This document shows positions 45,594 to 54,877 of a stretch of 64,000 nt of DNA, piece by piece; within the stretch, counting starts at the first letter, position 1, and the number at the start of each line of letters is the position of its first letter. Source of the stretch: Candidatus Omnitrophota bacterium (GTDB lineage: Bacteria; Ratteibacteria; UBA8468; B48-G9; JAFGKM01); the NCBI GenBank assembly GCA_023819375.1, contig JAMWDI010000005.1, positions 130,715-194,714 on the forward strand. Reading direction: 5' to 3'. A program made the position numbers and the translations under genes. The notes below the pieces were generated by a model. The model saw only the letters and a list, made by a program, of their open reading frames with translations, was not told the origin of the DNA and made no database searches.

Positions 45594-47127
45594 ATTACCT
45601 CTTTATAATGCTTTTAAAAGAATACAGTTAAGACCTACAAGATTTATAACTACTTTGGTTCTTACTTTATTTGTTCTTATATTTATAACTTTTATTTTGT
45701 GGTTTGATACCTATCAAAAATATCCTCTATATACAGAAATTTTTTTTAAAAATTTTGGGAGAAATTTTTCTTATATAATGATAATCCTGCAATTTTTGAC
45801 TTTAACCCTTTTAGGAACAGCAACTGTTGAATCAAGAGTAAGATTGGATACAACAAGTGGTATAATTTCTTTTCATAAATTAACTCCTCTTTCACCACAT
45901 AATTTAATATGGGGATATATACTTGGTTCTACATTTGAGATTTATATTTCTTGGTCAATATTTTTTATTTTTGGATTTTTAGGTGTCCCTTTAAAAGGAA
46001 TTCCTTTTTATAAATACCTTTTTTCTTCCTTTCTTATAGTTCTCTCTTCAATTTTTTTCCATATATTTGCATTAATGAACAGTTTGGGCAGACCTTTAAT
46101 TTATGCTGGTAGAGGTTCCATATTAAGTTCTTCTTTTTTCTTTGTTATTATAATTATATCTTTTTTCCATAAACTGGATATAGGTTTTTTAACTCCGTTT
46201 CCCTCACTTTTCGGTATTCTACAGGAAAAAAATAGGATTTTTCTTAATTCTTACTACTCTATCCTTAATGTGCCATTTTTTTACTTCTATATTCCTCCTT
46301 TTGTTTATTCTTTAATTCTCTGGATTTCATTTGGAAGTATTTTTTACTTTTCTTCAAAAAGAAGAATTATATATGAGGAAAACCCTTTTTTTTCAAAAAA
46401 GGAGAGCATTTTTCTTTTATGTATAATATGTTTTTTAGTAATTGGAAGAATAACAGGAATTTTAAATTTAAATCCTGATTTTTCCTTTGTTGAAAAATCT
46501 CCTTCCATAGAAACAAAAGCAGAATTTTATATTTTTTTGAGTAAAATTATAATTCTGTTTTCTTCAATAATTCTTCTACTAATGACATTTCCCAGAAGAT
46601 TAGATTTAATTCGTCAATTTATAAGAAAAAAAAGAGGAGAAAAAATATTCTGGTGGGAAAATGAAGCCTCTTCATTAATAATAAATTTCCTTATTTTAAT
46701 TATCTCTGTTTTTTCAATTTTTATTATTGATACTTATGTTTCACTTACTGGACTATTAAAAAGTTGCTGGCTTGAAAATATATTAAGAATTTTGATCTTT
46801 ATCTCCTCAATGCTTTTTTTCAATTTTCTCATAGAAGGATGCAGGTTAAAATTTGAAAAAGGGGCCGACAATATATCTGGTTTAATAATTGTTTTCTGGT
46901 TTCTTTTAATCCCTGTTAGTTACATTATCTATGCTTTAAACGTGGAAAATCCAAAACTTTTATTTATGAGTTTTTCTCCTTTGCCATTTTTAATTTTTAC
47001 AGGAAAACCTTCAGCAGAAATAAGAAATTCTGCCTTTTTATGTTTAATAATTACAAATCTAATCCTTTTTTTAACATTTTTATTTTGGAAAAAAGCAAAA
47101 ATTGATTTTGGAGAAAAATATGGTTAA
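45583..47127 (+). CDS. polytopic membrane protein, putative ABC-2-type permease partner
   Basis: 514 aa with ~10+ hydrophobic helices. Overlapping start with the ATPase gene. Confidence 0.4.
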   Translation: MLLELPLYNAFKRIQLRPTRFITTLVLTLFVLIFITFILWFDTYQKYPLYTEIFFKNFGRNFSYIMIILQFLTLTLLGTATVESRVRLDTTSGIISFHKLTPLSPHNLIWGYILGSTFEIYISWSIFFIFGFLGVPLKGIPFYKYLFSSFLIVLSSIFFHIFALMNSLGRPLIYAGRGSILSSSFFFVIIIISFFHKLDIGFLTPFPSLFGILQEKNRIFLNSYYSILNVPFFYFYIPPFVYSLILWISFGSIFYFSSKRRIIYEENPFFSKKESIFLLCIICFLVIGRITGILNLNPDFSFVEKSPSIETKAEFYIFLSKIIILFSSIILLLMTFPRRLDLIRQFIRKKRGEKIFWWENEASSLIINFLILIISVFSIFIIDTYVSLTGLLKSCWLENILRILIFISSMLFFNFLIEGCRLKFEKGADNISGLIIVFWFLLIPVSYIIYALNVENPKLLFMSFSPLPFLIFTGKPSAEIRNSAFLCLIITNLILFLTFLFWKKAKIDFGEKYG

Positions 47128-47770
47128 AATATCTCCTTCATTACTAAGTGCTGATTTTTCAAAACTTGGAGAAGAAGTAAAAAAAATTACAGAGGCAGGT
47201 GCTGATTTAATACATTTTGATGTTATGGATGGACATTTTGTTCCGAATATAACTTTTGGGCCTTTAATTCTTAAAAGCATAAGGAAATTTACACATCTTC
47301 CTCTTGAAGCACATTTAATGATAACAAATCCTGAGAAATACTGGAAGGAGTTTGCTGATAGTGGAGCAGATATAATTGGAATACATATAGAGTGTAAAGT
47401 TGACCATCTTTCAATAATTAAAGAAATACAGCAATATGGAAAGAAGGCTTGTATTGTTATTAATCCTCCTACTCCTGTTGAAAAAATATATCCAGTTCTT
47501 AAATATGTTGACATGGTTTTAATAATGACTGTAAATCCTGGCTTTGGAGGACAGAAATTTATCTATGAGGTTGTAGAAAAAATAAGGAAAGTTGATGAAT
47601 ATAGGAAAATGGAAAAATTAGATTTTGAAATTGAGGTTGATGGTGGAATAAATCGTGAGACCTCAAAAATTGTTATAGAAAATGGTGCAGATATCCTTGT
47701 TTCTGGTTTTTACATTTTTTCTGGGAAGGACTATAAAGAAAGAATAGAGAGTTTAAGATGGAAAAAATAA
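47102..47770 (+). CDS. rpe: ribulose-phosphate 3-epimerase
   Basis: ISPSLLSADFS...HFDVMDGHFVPNITFG signature. The likely true start is 47120 (MVKISPS). Confidence 0.8.
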   Translation: MILEKNMVKISPSLLSADFSKLGEEVKKITEAGADLIHFDVMDGHFVPNITFGPLILKSIRKFTHLPLEAHLMITNPEKYWKEFADSGADIIGIHIECKVDHLSIIKEIQQYGKKACIVINPPTPVEKIYPVLKYVDMVLIMTVNPGFGGQKFIYEVVEKIRKVDEYRKMEKLDFEIEVDGGINRETSKIVIENGADILVSGFYIFSGKDYKERIESLRWKK

Positions 47771-48948
47771 ATTTTGAAGAACTAAAGAAAATAGTTTTAG
47801 AAGAGGAAGAAGTAGAAAAACAGGTAAAAGATATAATTGAAAAGGTCAAAAAAGAAAAAGATAAGGCTCTCTTTTATTTCACAGAATTATTTGATAAAGT
47901 CAAATTGAAAAGTTTAAAACTTGAAAAAAAGGAAAAGGAAGAAGGTAGAAAAATTTTAAAGGGAGAAATTTTTAAAGTTGTTAAAAAAGTTAAAGAAAGG
48001 ATAGAAAAGTACCACAATAAGCAGATACCAAAGGGCTTCAAAATAAAAGAAAGGGATATTGAAATTGAATTTAAATTTTCTCCAGTAGAAAAGGTTGGAA
48101 TATATATTCCAGGAGGGCAGGCTCCTTTAATTTCAACAGTTTTAATGACAGTAATTCCTGCAAAAATAGCAGGTGTAAAAAAAATTTATGTTTCATCTCC
48201 ACCCTCTTTTAATGGAAAAATAAATCCATTAATTGTTGGTATATGTGACTACCTTGAAGTTGACGAAATTTTCCAGATAGGAGGAGCACAGGCAATTTCT
48301 GCTTTTGCTTTTGGAACAGAAACAGTTCCTAAAGTTGATCTTATAGCAGGACCTGGAAATAAATATGTAAATACCGCTAAAAGGCTATTGTTCGGAAAAA
48401 CTGGAATTGATTTACTTGCTGGTCCAAGTGAATTAGTTATTTTTTCAGATGGATCTGGAAGAAAAGAATTTATAGAGTATGATCTGAAAGCCCAAATTGA
48501 ACATACAGAGGGATTAGGAATTTTAATAACAACTGATGAAAAACTTGGTAAAAGTTTAGCAAAAAATATTGAAAAAGGGTACTGGATAAAGGTAAAAGAT
48601 GAAAAGGAGGCCATTGAGATAATAAATTATATTTCTCCTGAACATTTACAAATAATTTCAAAAAATCCTAAAATTTTTGTTGATAACTGTAAATGTGGAG
48701 CAATTTTTATTGGAGAATATACATCAACTACAATTGGGGATTACTTTGCAGGTCCTTCCCATGTTTTACCAACTGGAAAAACAGCAAGTTTTTTGTCTGG
48801 TCTCTCTGTTTATACCTTTTTGAGAAGTTTTGCAATTGTTAAATGCGAAAGGACTTTTATAAAAAAATATGGAGAATATATTAAAAAAATTGCTGAAATA
48901 GAAGGGCTTAAAAACCATAAAAAATCTATTGAAATAAGGGTAAAATAA
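47758..48948 (+). CDS. hisD: histidinol dehydrogenase
   Basis: GIYIPGGQAPL.STVLM..IPAKIAGV and AGPSE..I motifs conserved in HisD. No other his genes in the window. Confidence 0.7.
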   Translation: MEKINFEELKKIVLEEEEVEKQVKDIIEKVKKEKDKALFYFTELFDKVKLKSLKLEKKEKEEGRKILKGEIFKVVKKVKERIEKYHNKQIPKGFKIKERDIEIEFKFSPVEKVGIYIPGGQAPLISTVLMTVIPAKIAGVKKIYVSSPPSFNGKINPLIVGICDYLEVDEIFQIGGAQAISAFAFGTETVPKVDLIAGPGNKYVNTAKRLLFGKTGIDLLAGPSELVIFSDGSGRKEFIEYDLKAQIEHTEGLGILITTDEKLGKSLAKNIEKGYWIKVKDEKEAIEIINYISPEHLQIISKNPKIFVDNCKCGAIFIGEYTSTTIGDYFAGPSHVLPTGKTASFLSGLSVYTFLRSFAIVKCERTFIKKYGEYIKKIAEIEGLKNHKKSIEIRVK

Positions 48949-48965
48949 TCCAAAAGGAGAAGAGA

Positions 48966-49715
48966 ATGGAAAAAATTATAACAGAGGGAATTATTAAAAG
49001 TTATATGGATGATTTACTTAAAAATATAGAAGTTGATGTTGTAATTGTAGGTGCAGGACCAAGTGGACTTGTATGTGGATATTTTTTAACAAAGAACGGA
49101 GTTAAAAGTATTATTTTTGAGAGAAATTTAAAAATTGGAGGGGGAATGCCAGGAGGAGGAATGATGTTTAATAAAATTGTCGTTCAAGAGGAGGCAATGG
49201 AAATTTTGAAAGAGTTTAAAATAAGATACAAAAAATTCAAAGAAAAATATTATATACTGGATGCCATAGAAACAATTTCAGGAATTACATATAAAACAAT
49301 AAGAGAAGGAGTTAAAATTTTCAATCTAATTAATGTTGAAGATGTTGTCATAAGGGATGAAAAAATAAGTGGAGTTGTTATAAATTGGACAAGCGCTTCA
49401 ATAGCAAAATTCCATGTAGATCCATTATCAATTATTTCAAAATATGTTGTTGATGCAACTGGTCACGATTGTGAAATATGTAAAATTGTTGAAAAAAAAG
49501 TTGGTGGAATAAAGGTTATGGGCGAAAAATCTATGTGGGCTGAAAAAGGTGAAAAAGAGATAGTTGAAAATACAAAAGAAATATATCCTGGTTTAATTGT
49601 TTGCGGAATGGCTGCAAATGCTTTCTTTGGTTCACCGAGAATGGGAGCAATTTTTGGTGGTATGTTTTTATCTGGCAAAAAGGCATCTGAAATTATAATC
49701 AAATCAATAAAATGA
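48966..49715 (+). CDS. thi4: thiazole synthase Thi4 family (archaeal/eukaryote-type thiamine thiazole synthase)
   Basis: DVVIVGAGPSGL..ERNLKIGGGMPGGGMMF motif characteristic of Thi4/THI1. Confidence 0.75.
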   Translation: MEKIITEGIIKSYMDDLLKNIEVDVVIVGAGPSGLVCGYFLTKNGVKSIIFERNLKIGGGMPGGGMMFNKIVVQEEAMEILKEFKIRYKKFKEKYYILDAIETISGITYKTIREGVKIFNLINVEDVVIRDEKISGVVINWTSASIAKFHVDPLSIISKYVVDATGHDCEICKIVEKKVGGIKVMGEKSMWAEKGEKEIVENTKEIYPGLIVCGMAANAFFGSPRMGAIFGGMFLSGKKASEIIIKSIK

Positions 49716-50098
49716 TAGAAAAGGGAAAGGTAATTGAAATTAAAGGAAATAACGCTTTTGTATTAATAGAGGAAAAAGAAAAATGTAAAAATTGCAATTT
49801 ATGTAAGAAAATTATTCCTCGACAGCCAATTATAGAGGCAGAAAATTATATAAAAGCTAATATTGGGGAAAATGTTGAAATTGAAATTAATGAAGATTAT
49901 TTGTTAAAAATTTTTCTTTATATATATGGAATTCCCCTTACTGGTTTTATTCTCGCTGCTTTAATTTCCTATTTTTTAAAAACACCTTTTAAAATCTTTA
50001 TTTTTTTGTCAATTCTAATAATTTTCTGGATTTTAGGATTTAAAAAGGGGAAAAAATTATCTGAAGAAATAAAGCCCAAAATTATAAAAAAGATTTAA
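49712..50098 (+). CDS. RseC/MucC-family protein (SoxR-reducing-system-like; N-terminal Cys-containing domain + 2 TM)
   Basis: GKVIEIKGNNAFVLIE..C.NC.LC followed by two TM helices. Overlaps the thi4 stop. Confidence 0.4.
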   Translation: MIEKGKVIEIKGNNAFVLIEEKEKCKNCNLCKKIIPRQPIIEAENYIKANIGENVEIEINEDYLLKIFLYIYGIPLTGFILAALISYFLKTPFKIFIFLSILIIFWILGFKKGKKLSEEIKPKIIKKI

Positions 50099-50153
50099 AA
50101 TTGAAAAGAAAAAGAAAGAAAGGTATAAAAATATTAAGAAAAAGGGGGTAGAA

Positions 50154-50717
50154 ATGGTACCTGCTTCTGAACTTAAAGAGGGGATGATAATAAAGAGAGA
50201 GGAGAAATTATATAAAGTTATGGAGGTAGAAACAAAGGCAAGAACCGCACAATTTTCAAGTTATACTCATTTAAAGTTGCAAGATCTTAAAACAGGCCAC
50301 ATTTATGATATAAGAGTTTCACCGGACGAGAAAATTGAAAATGTTGACATTGAAGAAATAGAAATGGAATACAGTTATTCAGATGGAGAAAATTTCTATT
50401 TCATCCATCCTGATACCTTTGAAATAATTGAATTACCTTCATATACAATTGGTGATTTCAAAAAATTTATGAAAGAGGGGATAAAATTGAAAATTCAAAT
50501 ATATGAGGGTAATCCTATCAGTGTTCTTATACCAGAATATGTAGAGTTAAAAGTAATCACAACAGGAGAAGGATTAAAAGGTGGAACAGATAATACCTGG
50601 AAAAGCGCAACTCTTGAAAATGGGATGGAAATACTTGTTCCTCAATTCATAAAAGAAGGAGATATTATAAGAGTTTCAACAAAAACAGGTGAATATTTAG
50701 AAAGAGTTCATAAGTAG
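50154..50717 (+). CDS. efp: elongation factor P (Arg-type loop)
   Basis: Aligns with EF-P over three domains (C-terminal GEY..RV). The beta3-beta4 loop reads TKARTAQF, placing Arg where Lys34 sits in E. coli EF-P (as in EarP-type EF-P). Confidence 0.65.
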   Translation: MVPASELKEGMIIKREEKLYKVMEVETKARTAQFSSYTHLKLQDLKTGHIYDIRVSPDEKIENVDIEEIEMEYSYSDGENFYFIHPDTFEIIELPSYTIGDFKKFMKEGIKLKIQIYEGNPISVLIPEYVELKVITTGEGLKGGTDNTWKSATLENGMEILVPQFIKEGDIIRVSTKTGEYLERVHK

Positions 50718-50953
50718 TTTTATAAGATTTTATTTAGAACTTTTTAATAAAAATTTAGGTTATTGTTTAGTGCGATATCTTCCCTGTTATATATCCATCC
50801 CCTCTACTTTTTTAACCAATTTCCAAAAATTTTTTATCATACCTTTACCCTTTTGTTCACATATACATTAATCTTACTAAAACATCTTTTTAATCATATA
50901 ATCAATGTTTCATTTATTAAACACTATGTCTTAACCTAAAAAGAGTTTATAAC

Positions 50954-50982
50954 TTGACAAAAAATTTATAAACTGGTATTTT
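50954..50982 (+). promoter_or_regulatory. sigma70-like promoter for tRNA-Phe (TTGACA-17-TATTTT)
   Basis: TTGACA 50954..50959, 17-nt spacer, TATTTT 50977..50982. About 11 nt upstream of the mature tRNA 5' end. Confidence 0.4.
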
Positions 50983-50993
50983 ATTTTGTTGTA

Positions 50994-51065
50994 GCCGGGG
51001 TAGCTCAGTGGTAGAGCGCAGCCCTGAAAAGGCTGGCGTGGGCAGTTCGATTCTGCCCCCCGGCA
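50994..51065 (+). tRNA. tRNA-Phe (anticodon GAA)
   Basis: Manual fold. Acceptor GCCGGGG/CCCCGGC; D-arm GCTC-AGTGGTA-GAGC; anticodon stem CAGCC/GGCTG with loop CTGAAAA; T-arm GGCAG-TTCGATT-CTGCC; discriminator A. Confidence 0.85.
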
Positions 51066-51111
51066 ACCAAAAATTGGACAAAAACCAGCCTGAAAAGGAA
51101 AGGAAAAAATA

Positions 51112-54100
51112 ATGGATTATTATGAAGAACTTCTTTTACGTTTAAAACTTTTAAATCCTGGGACAAAATTTTTCTTAAGTAGATTATTAAATAGGGAAAA
51201 GGTAATTTTTCTTGAAAGCCTTATTGAGATACTTAAAAAAATTAATGAAAAGGAAGAGGAGGTAAGGCATTTAACAAGAGAGAATATGATTAAAAAAACA
51301 GAAGAAATGAGAAAATTGATTTCTAAAGGAGAACCTCTTGATAATTTTCTTGTTGATGCTTTTGCCCTTGTTAGAGAAGCTGCGAGAAGAACATTAAATA
51401 TGAGGCATTTTGATGTTCAAATTATAGGAGGGATAGTTTTGCATTATGGTAAAATAGCAGAAATGGCAACAGGTGAAGGTAAAACACTTGTAGCAACATT
51501 ACCTTTATTTTTAAATGCTCTTTCAGGAAAGGGATGCCATCTTGTGACAGTAAATGATTATCTTGCAAAAAGAGATACTCAATGGATGGGTCCTATTTAC
51601 GATTATCTTGGACTATCTGTTGGATGTATTGTATCTTATAAAGAAACAAAAGATCGATATTCTTCTATTGCTTATAAATTTGATCCAACTCATCTTCCTC
51701 CTGATTCAAGATTTTTATATTTAAGACCTATTTCAAGAAAAGAAGCATATTTATGTGATATTACTTATGGCACTGGTAGTGAATTTGGCTTTGATTATTT
51801 GAGAGATAATATGGCTATAAGAAAAGAAGATCAAGTTCAAAGAGAATTGAATTATGCAATTATAGATGAAGTAGATTCAATTTTAATTGATGAGGCTCGA
51901 ACTCCTTTAATAATCTCTGGCCCAAGCGAGGAAAGTCCATCTTTATATTATGAAGTTGACCGTCTTGTAAGAAAACTTGTAAAAGATAAAGATTATATTG
52001 TTGATGAAGAAAATCAAATCGCCACTTTAACAGAAGAAGGGATAAAAAAATGTGAAAAACTTTTAAATATAAGCAATTTATTTGATGGGACACACACAGA
52101 ACTTGTCCACCATATAAATCAAGCATTGCGTGCCCATAATTTCTTTAAAAAAGATAAAGAATATGTTGTAAAAGATGGGCAGGTAATAATTGTTGATGAA
52201 TTTACTGGAAGATTAATGCCTGGAAGAAGGTGGTCTGATGGTCTTCATCAAGCAATAGAAGCAAAGGAAGGTTTGAAAATTGAGAGTGAAAATCAAACAC
52301 TAGCAACAATTACCTATCAAAATTACTTTAAACTTTATAAGAAAATTGCTGGTATGACAGGGACTGCTTTAACAGAAGCACTTGAATTTAAAGAGATTTA
52401 TAAACTTGATGTAATAGTAATTCCAACAAATAAACCTTTAAGAAGAACAGAATATGACGATGAAATTTATGCAACAGAAAGGGAAAAATTTAATGCAATA
52501 GTTCGTGAAGTAGAAGAAATGTATAAAATAGGAAGACCTGTTCTTATAGGGACTATTTCAATAGAAAAAGCAGAAAAATTGAGTAAACTCCTTGAAAAGA
52601 AAAATATACCTCACAAAGTTTTGCATGGGAAAAATCATGAAGCAGAGGCAGCAATAATTGCTCAAGCAGGGAAATTTAAAGCAGTTACTATTGCAACCCA
52701 AATGGCTGGTAGAGGTGTTGACATAATTCTTGGAGGAAACCCTGAAATTCTTGCAAGAGAAGAAACAATCAAAGTTTTATGGAGTAGAAAAAAAGATAAA
52801 AAACAAGTTAAAAGTGAATTTATAGAAATTATAAATGAAATTGAAGAAAAATATAGGAATAGATTGGAAGAAATTGAACAAAAATTTTCACAGCAATTAA
52901 AAAATTTAAAAGAAAAAATTACAGAAAAGGAAAAAATTATCTCAAACATAGAAAAGGAAATAAGGGACAAATTTGAAGAAGAAATTTTTAAGAAAATTGG
53001 AGGAGAAAGATTTGAAAAGTATAAAGGGAAACTAATAAAGTTAAAATCAATTTATGAAGCCAATAATCAAAAATTGCAAGAATTAAATGTCCAATTTAAA
53101 GACAAACCGGAAAGATTAAAAGAAATAAAAGAAACAACAGGGAAAAGTTTTAGAGAGTATGTCAATTTTAAAAATTATATAAAGAGAATTTTTGGAATTT
53201 ATACAAGAGAAGATATAGAGGAAAAGAGAAAATTATTTCTTGAATTTTTAGAAAAGGAAGAATTTAACAACCAATTTTTAACGCATTTAGAAGATTTTAA
53301 AAAAGTTATAATTTCTTATTTAAAAATCCTTGAAGATACCTATCCTGATATACTCCTGAAGGAAGAAACAGAAAAGGCAAAAAAAAGAATTACAAGATAT
53401 ACTGATTTTCTTGAAGAAATCAAAATATCATCTACAGAAAAAAATTTTGCTGAAATAAAAGATAAAGAATTTCAATTTTATAAAGTTTTAGAAGATTCCC
53501 TAATAGAAATTGAGAAAAAAATCTATGAAAAAATCTATCCATCATATCTGGAAATGGAAAAAGAATATGAGCAATTGATAAGAGAGTATGAAAGAGAACA
53601 AATAAAATATACAGAAGAATTAAAACTCGCAAGAGAAGCGTATGAAAAAGAAAGAGGACAATATGAAGAGGAATGGAAAAAAATAAAAGAAGAAATGGAA
53701 AGACGGCCGGAAGAATTTAAAGAAATTTACAACGAATTACTTGAAAAATATAAAAAGCCGTGGGAAGAAGAACATAAAAAAGTTGTAGAACTTGGGGGCC
53801 TTCATATAATTGGGAGTGAAAGATATGAAGCAAGAAGAATAGATAATCAATTGAAAGGAAGAGCAGGAAGACAAGGAGATCCTGGTTCATCAAAATTTTT
53901 CCTTTCCTTAGAAGATGATCTTTTAAGAATTTTTGGGGGTGAAAGGTTAAAGGGATTGATGGGGAAATTGCCTGAAGGAGAAAAAATAACGCATCCTTTA
54001 ATAACGAAGATGATAAATAACGCTCAGAAGAAGGTAGAAGGGAGAAATTTTGAAATAAGAAAAAATCTTTTTGAATTTGATAATGTTTTAAATGAGCAAA

Positions 54101-54852
54101 GAAATATAATTTATTCAATAAGGCAGGATATTCTTGAAAATAAAAATCTTTCTCAGTATATAAATGATTATGTTGACGAAATAGTAGATACTGCTTTTGA
54201 TGAATTTCTTAATGAAAAAATTAAACCTTATATGTGGAATATTGATGGACTTTGTAAATATTTCAAAACAAAATTTGGAATAGATATTGAAATTAAAAAA
54301 GAAGATATTCCAAAAATAGATATTGTCTGGAGAGAAAAATTTAAGGAACATGTAAAGAACATTTTCAAAAATATTATTGAGGAAAAAGAAAAACAAATTG
54401 GAGAATTTTTTGAAGAAATAAAAAGGTTTATATTCCTTCAAAGCATTGATAATAGATGGAAAGCACATTTGAAAGCAATGGATGAATTAAGAGAAGGAAT
54501 AGGCTTAAGAGCATATGCCCACAAAGATCCATTAATTGCCTATAAACATGAATCTTTTCAATATTTCCAAGAGATGTTAAAGGCAGTAAAAGAAGAGGTT
54601 ATTGGATATCTTTTAAAAATACAAATAACTGAAAAGGTCGCATTAAAAGTTAGAGAAACAGGAAGAAGAGAATTTATCCATCCAGAATATAATCAGTTTG
54701 AAACAGCAAAAAAAGAAATTCCGACAGCAACTATCACAAACCAAATGCCTGTTAAAGCTGCACCTATCAAAACTCAAAAAATAGGAAGAAATCAACCTTG
54801 CCCTTGTGGAAGTGGAAAAAAGTATAAACATTGTTGTGGAAAAAATGTTTAA
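51112..54852 (+). CDS. secA: preprotein translocase ATPase SecA with ~300-aa coiled-coil insertion in NBD2/VAR region and C-terminal zinc-binding tail
   Basis: Canonical motifs MATGEGKTLVATLP, DEVDSILIDEARTPLIISG, GRGVDIILGG, GGLHIIGSERYEARRIDNQLKGRAGRQGDPGSS, and C-terminal CPCGSGKKYKHCCG. 1246 aa against ~850-900 typical. Confidence 0.9.
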   Translation: MDYYEELLLRLKLLNPGTKFFLSRLLNREKVIFLESLIEILKKINEKEEEVRHLTRENMIKKTEEMRKLISKGEPLDNFLVDAFALVREAARRTLNMRHFDVQIIGGIVLHYGKIAEMATGEGKTLVATLPLFLNALSGKGCHLVTVNDYLAKRDTQWMGPIYDYLGLSVGCIVSYKETKDRYSSIAYKFDPTHLPPDSRFLYLRPISRKEAYLCDITYGTGSEFGFDYLRDNMAIRKEDQVQRELNYAIIDEVDSILIDEARTPLIISGPSEESPSLYYEVDRLVRKLVKDKDYIVDEENQIATLTEEGIKKCEKLLNISNLFDGTHTELVHHINQALRAHNFFKKDKEYVVKDGQVIIVDEFTGRLMPGRRWSDGLHQAIEAKEGLKIESENQTLATITYQNYFKLYKKIAGMTGTALTEALEFKEIYKLDVIVIPTNKPLRRTEYDDEIYATEREKFNAIVREVEEMYKIGRPVLIGTISIEKAEKLSKLLEKKNIPHKVLHGKNHEAEAAIIAQAGKFKAVTIATQMAGRGVDIILGGNPEILAREETIKVLWSRKKDKKQVKSEFIEIINEIEEKYRNRLEEIEQKFSQQLKNLKEKITEKEKIISNIEKEIRDKFEEEIFKKIGGERFEKYKGKLIKLKSIYEANNQKLQELNVQFKDKPERLKEIKETTGKSFREYVNFKNYIKRIFGIYTREDIEEKRKLFLEFLEKEEFNNQFLTHLEDFKKVIISYLKILEDTYPDILLKEETEKAKKRITRYTDFLEEIKISSTEKNFAEIKDKEFQFYKVLEDSLIEIEKKIYEKIYPSYLEMEKEYEQLIREYEREQIKYTEELKLAREAYEKERGQYEEEWKKIKEEMERRPEEFKEIYNELLEKYKKPWEEEHKKVVELGGLHIIGSERYEARRIDNQLKGRAGRQGDPGSSKFFLSLEDDLLRIFGGERLKGLMGKLPEGEKITHPLITKMINNAQKKVEGRNFEIRKNLFEFDNVLNEQRNIIYSIRQDILENKNLSQYINDYVDEIVDTAFDEFLNEKIKPYMWNIDGLCKYFKTKFGIDIEIKKEDIPKIDIVWREKFKEHVKNIFKNIIEEKEKQIGEFFEEIKRFIFLQSIDNRWKAHLKAMDELREGIGLRAYAHKDPLIAYKHESFQYFQEMLKAVKEEVIGYLLKIQITEKVALKVRETGRREFIHPEYNQFETAKKEIPTATITNQMPVKAAPIKTQKIGRNQPCPCGSGKKYKHCCGKNV

Positions 54853-54877
54853 ACTTATTTGAAAAAAGGGGTAAAAA

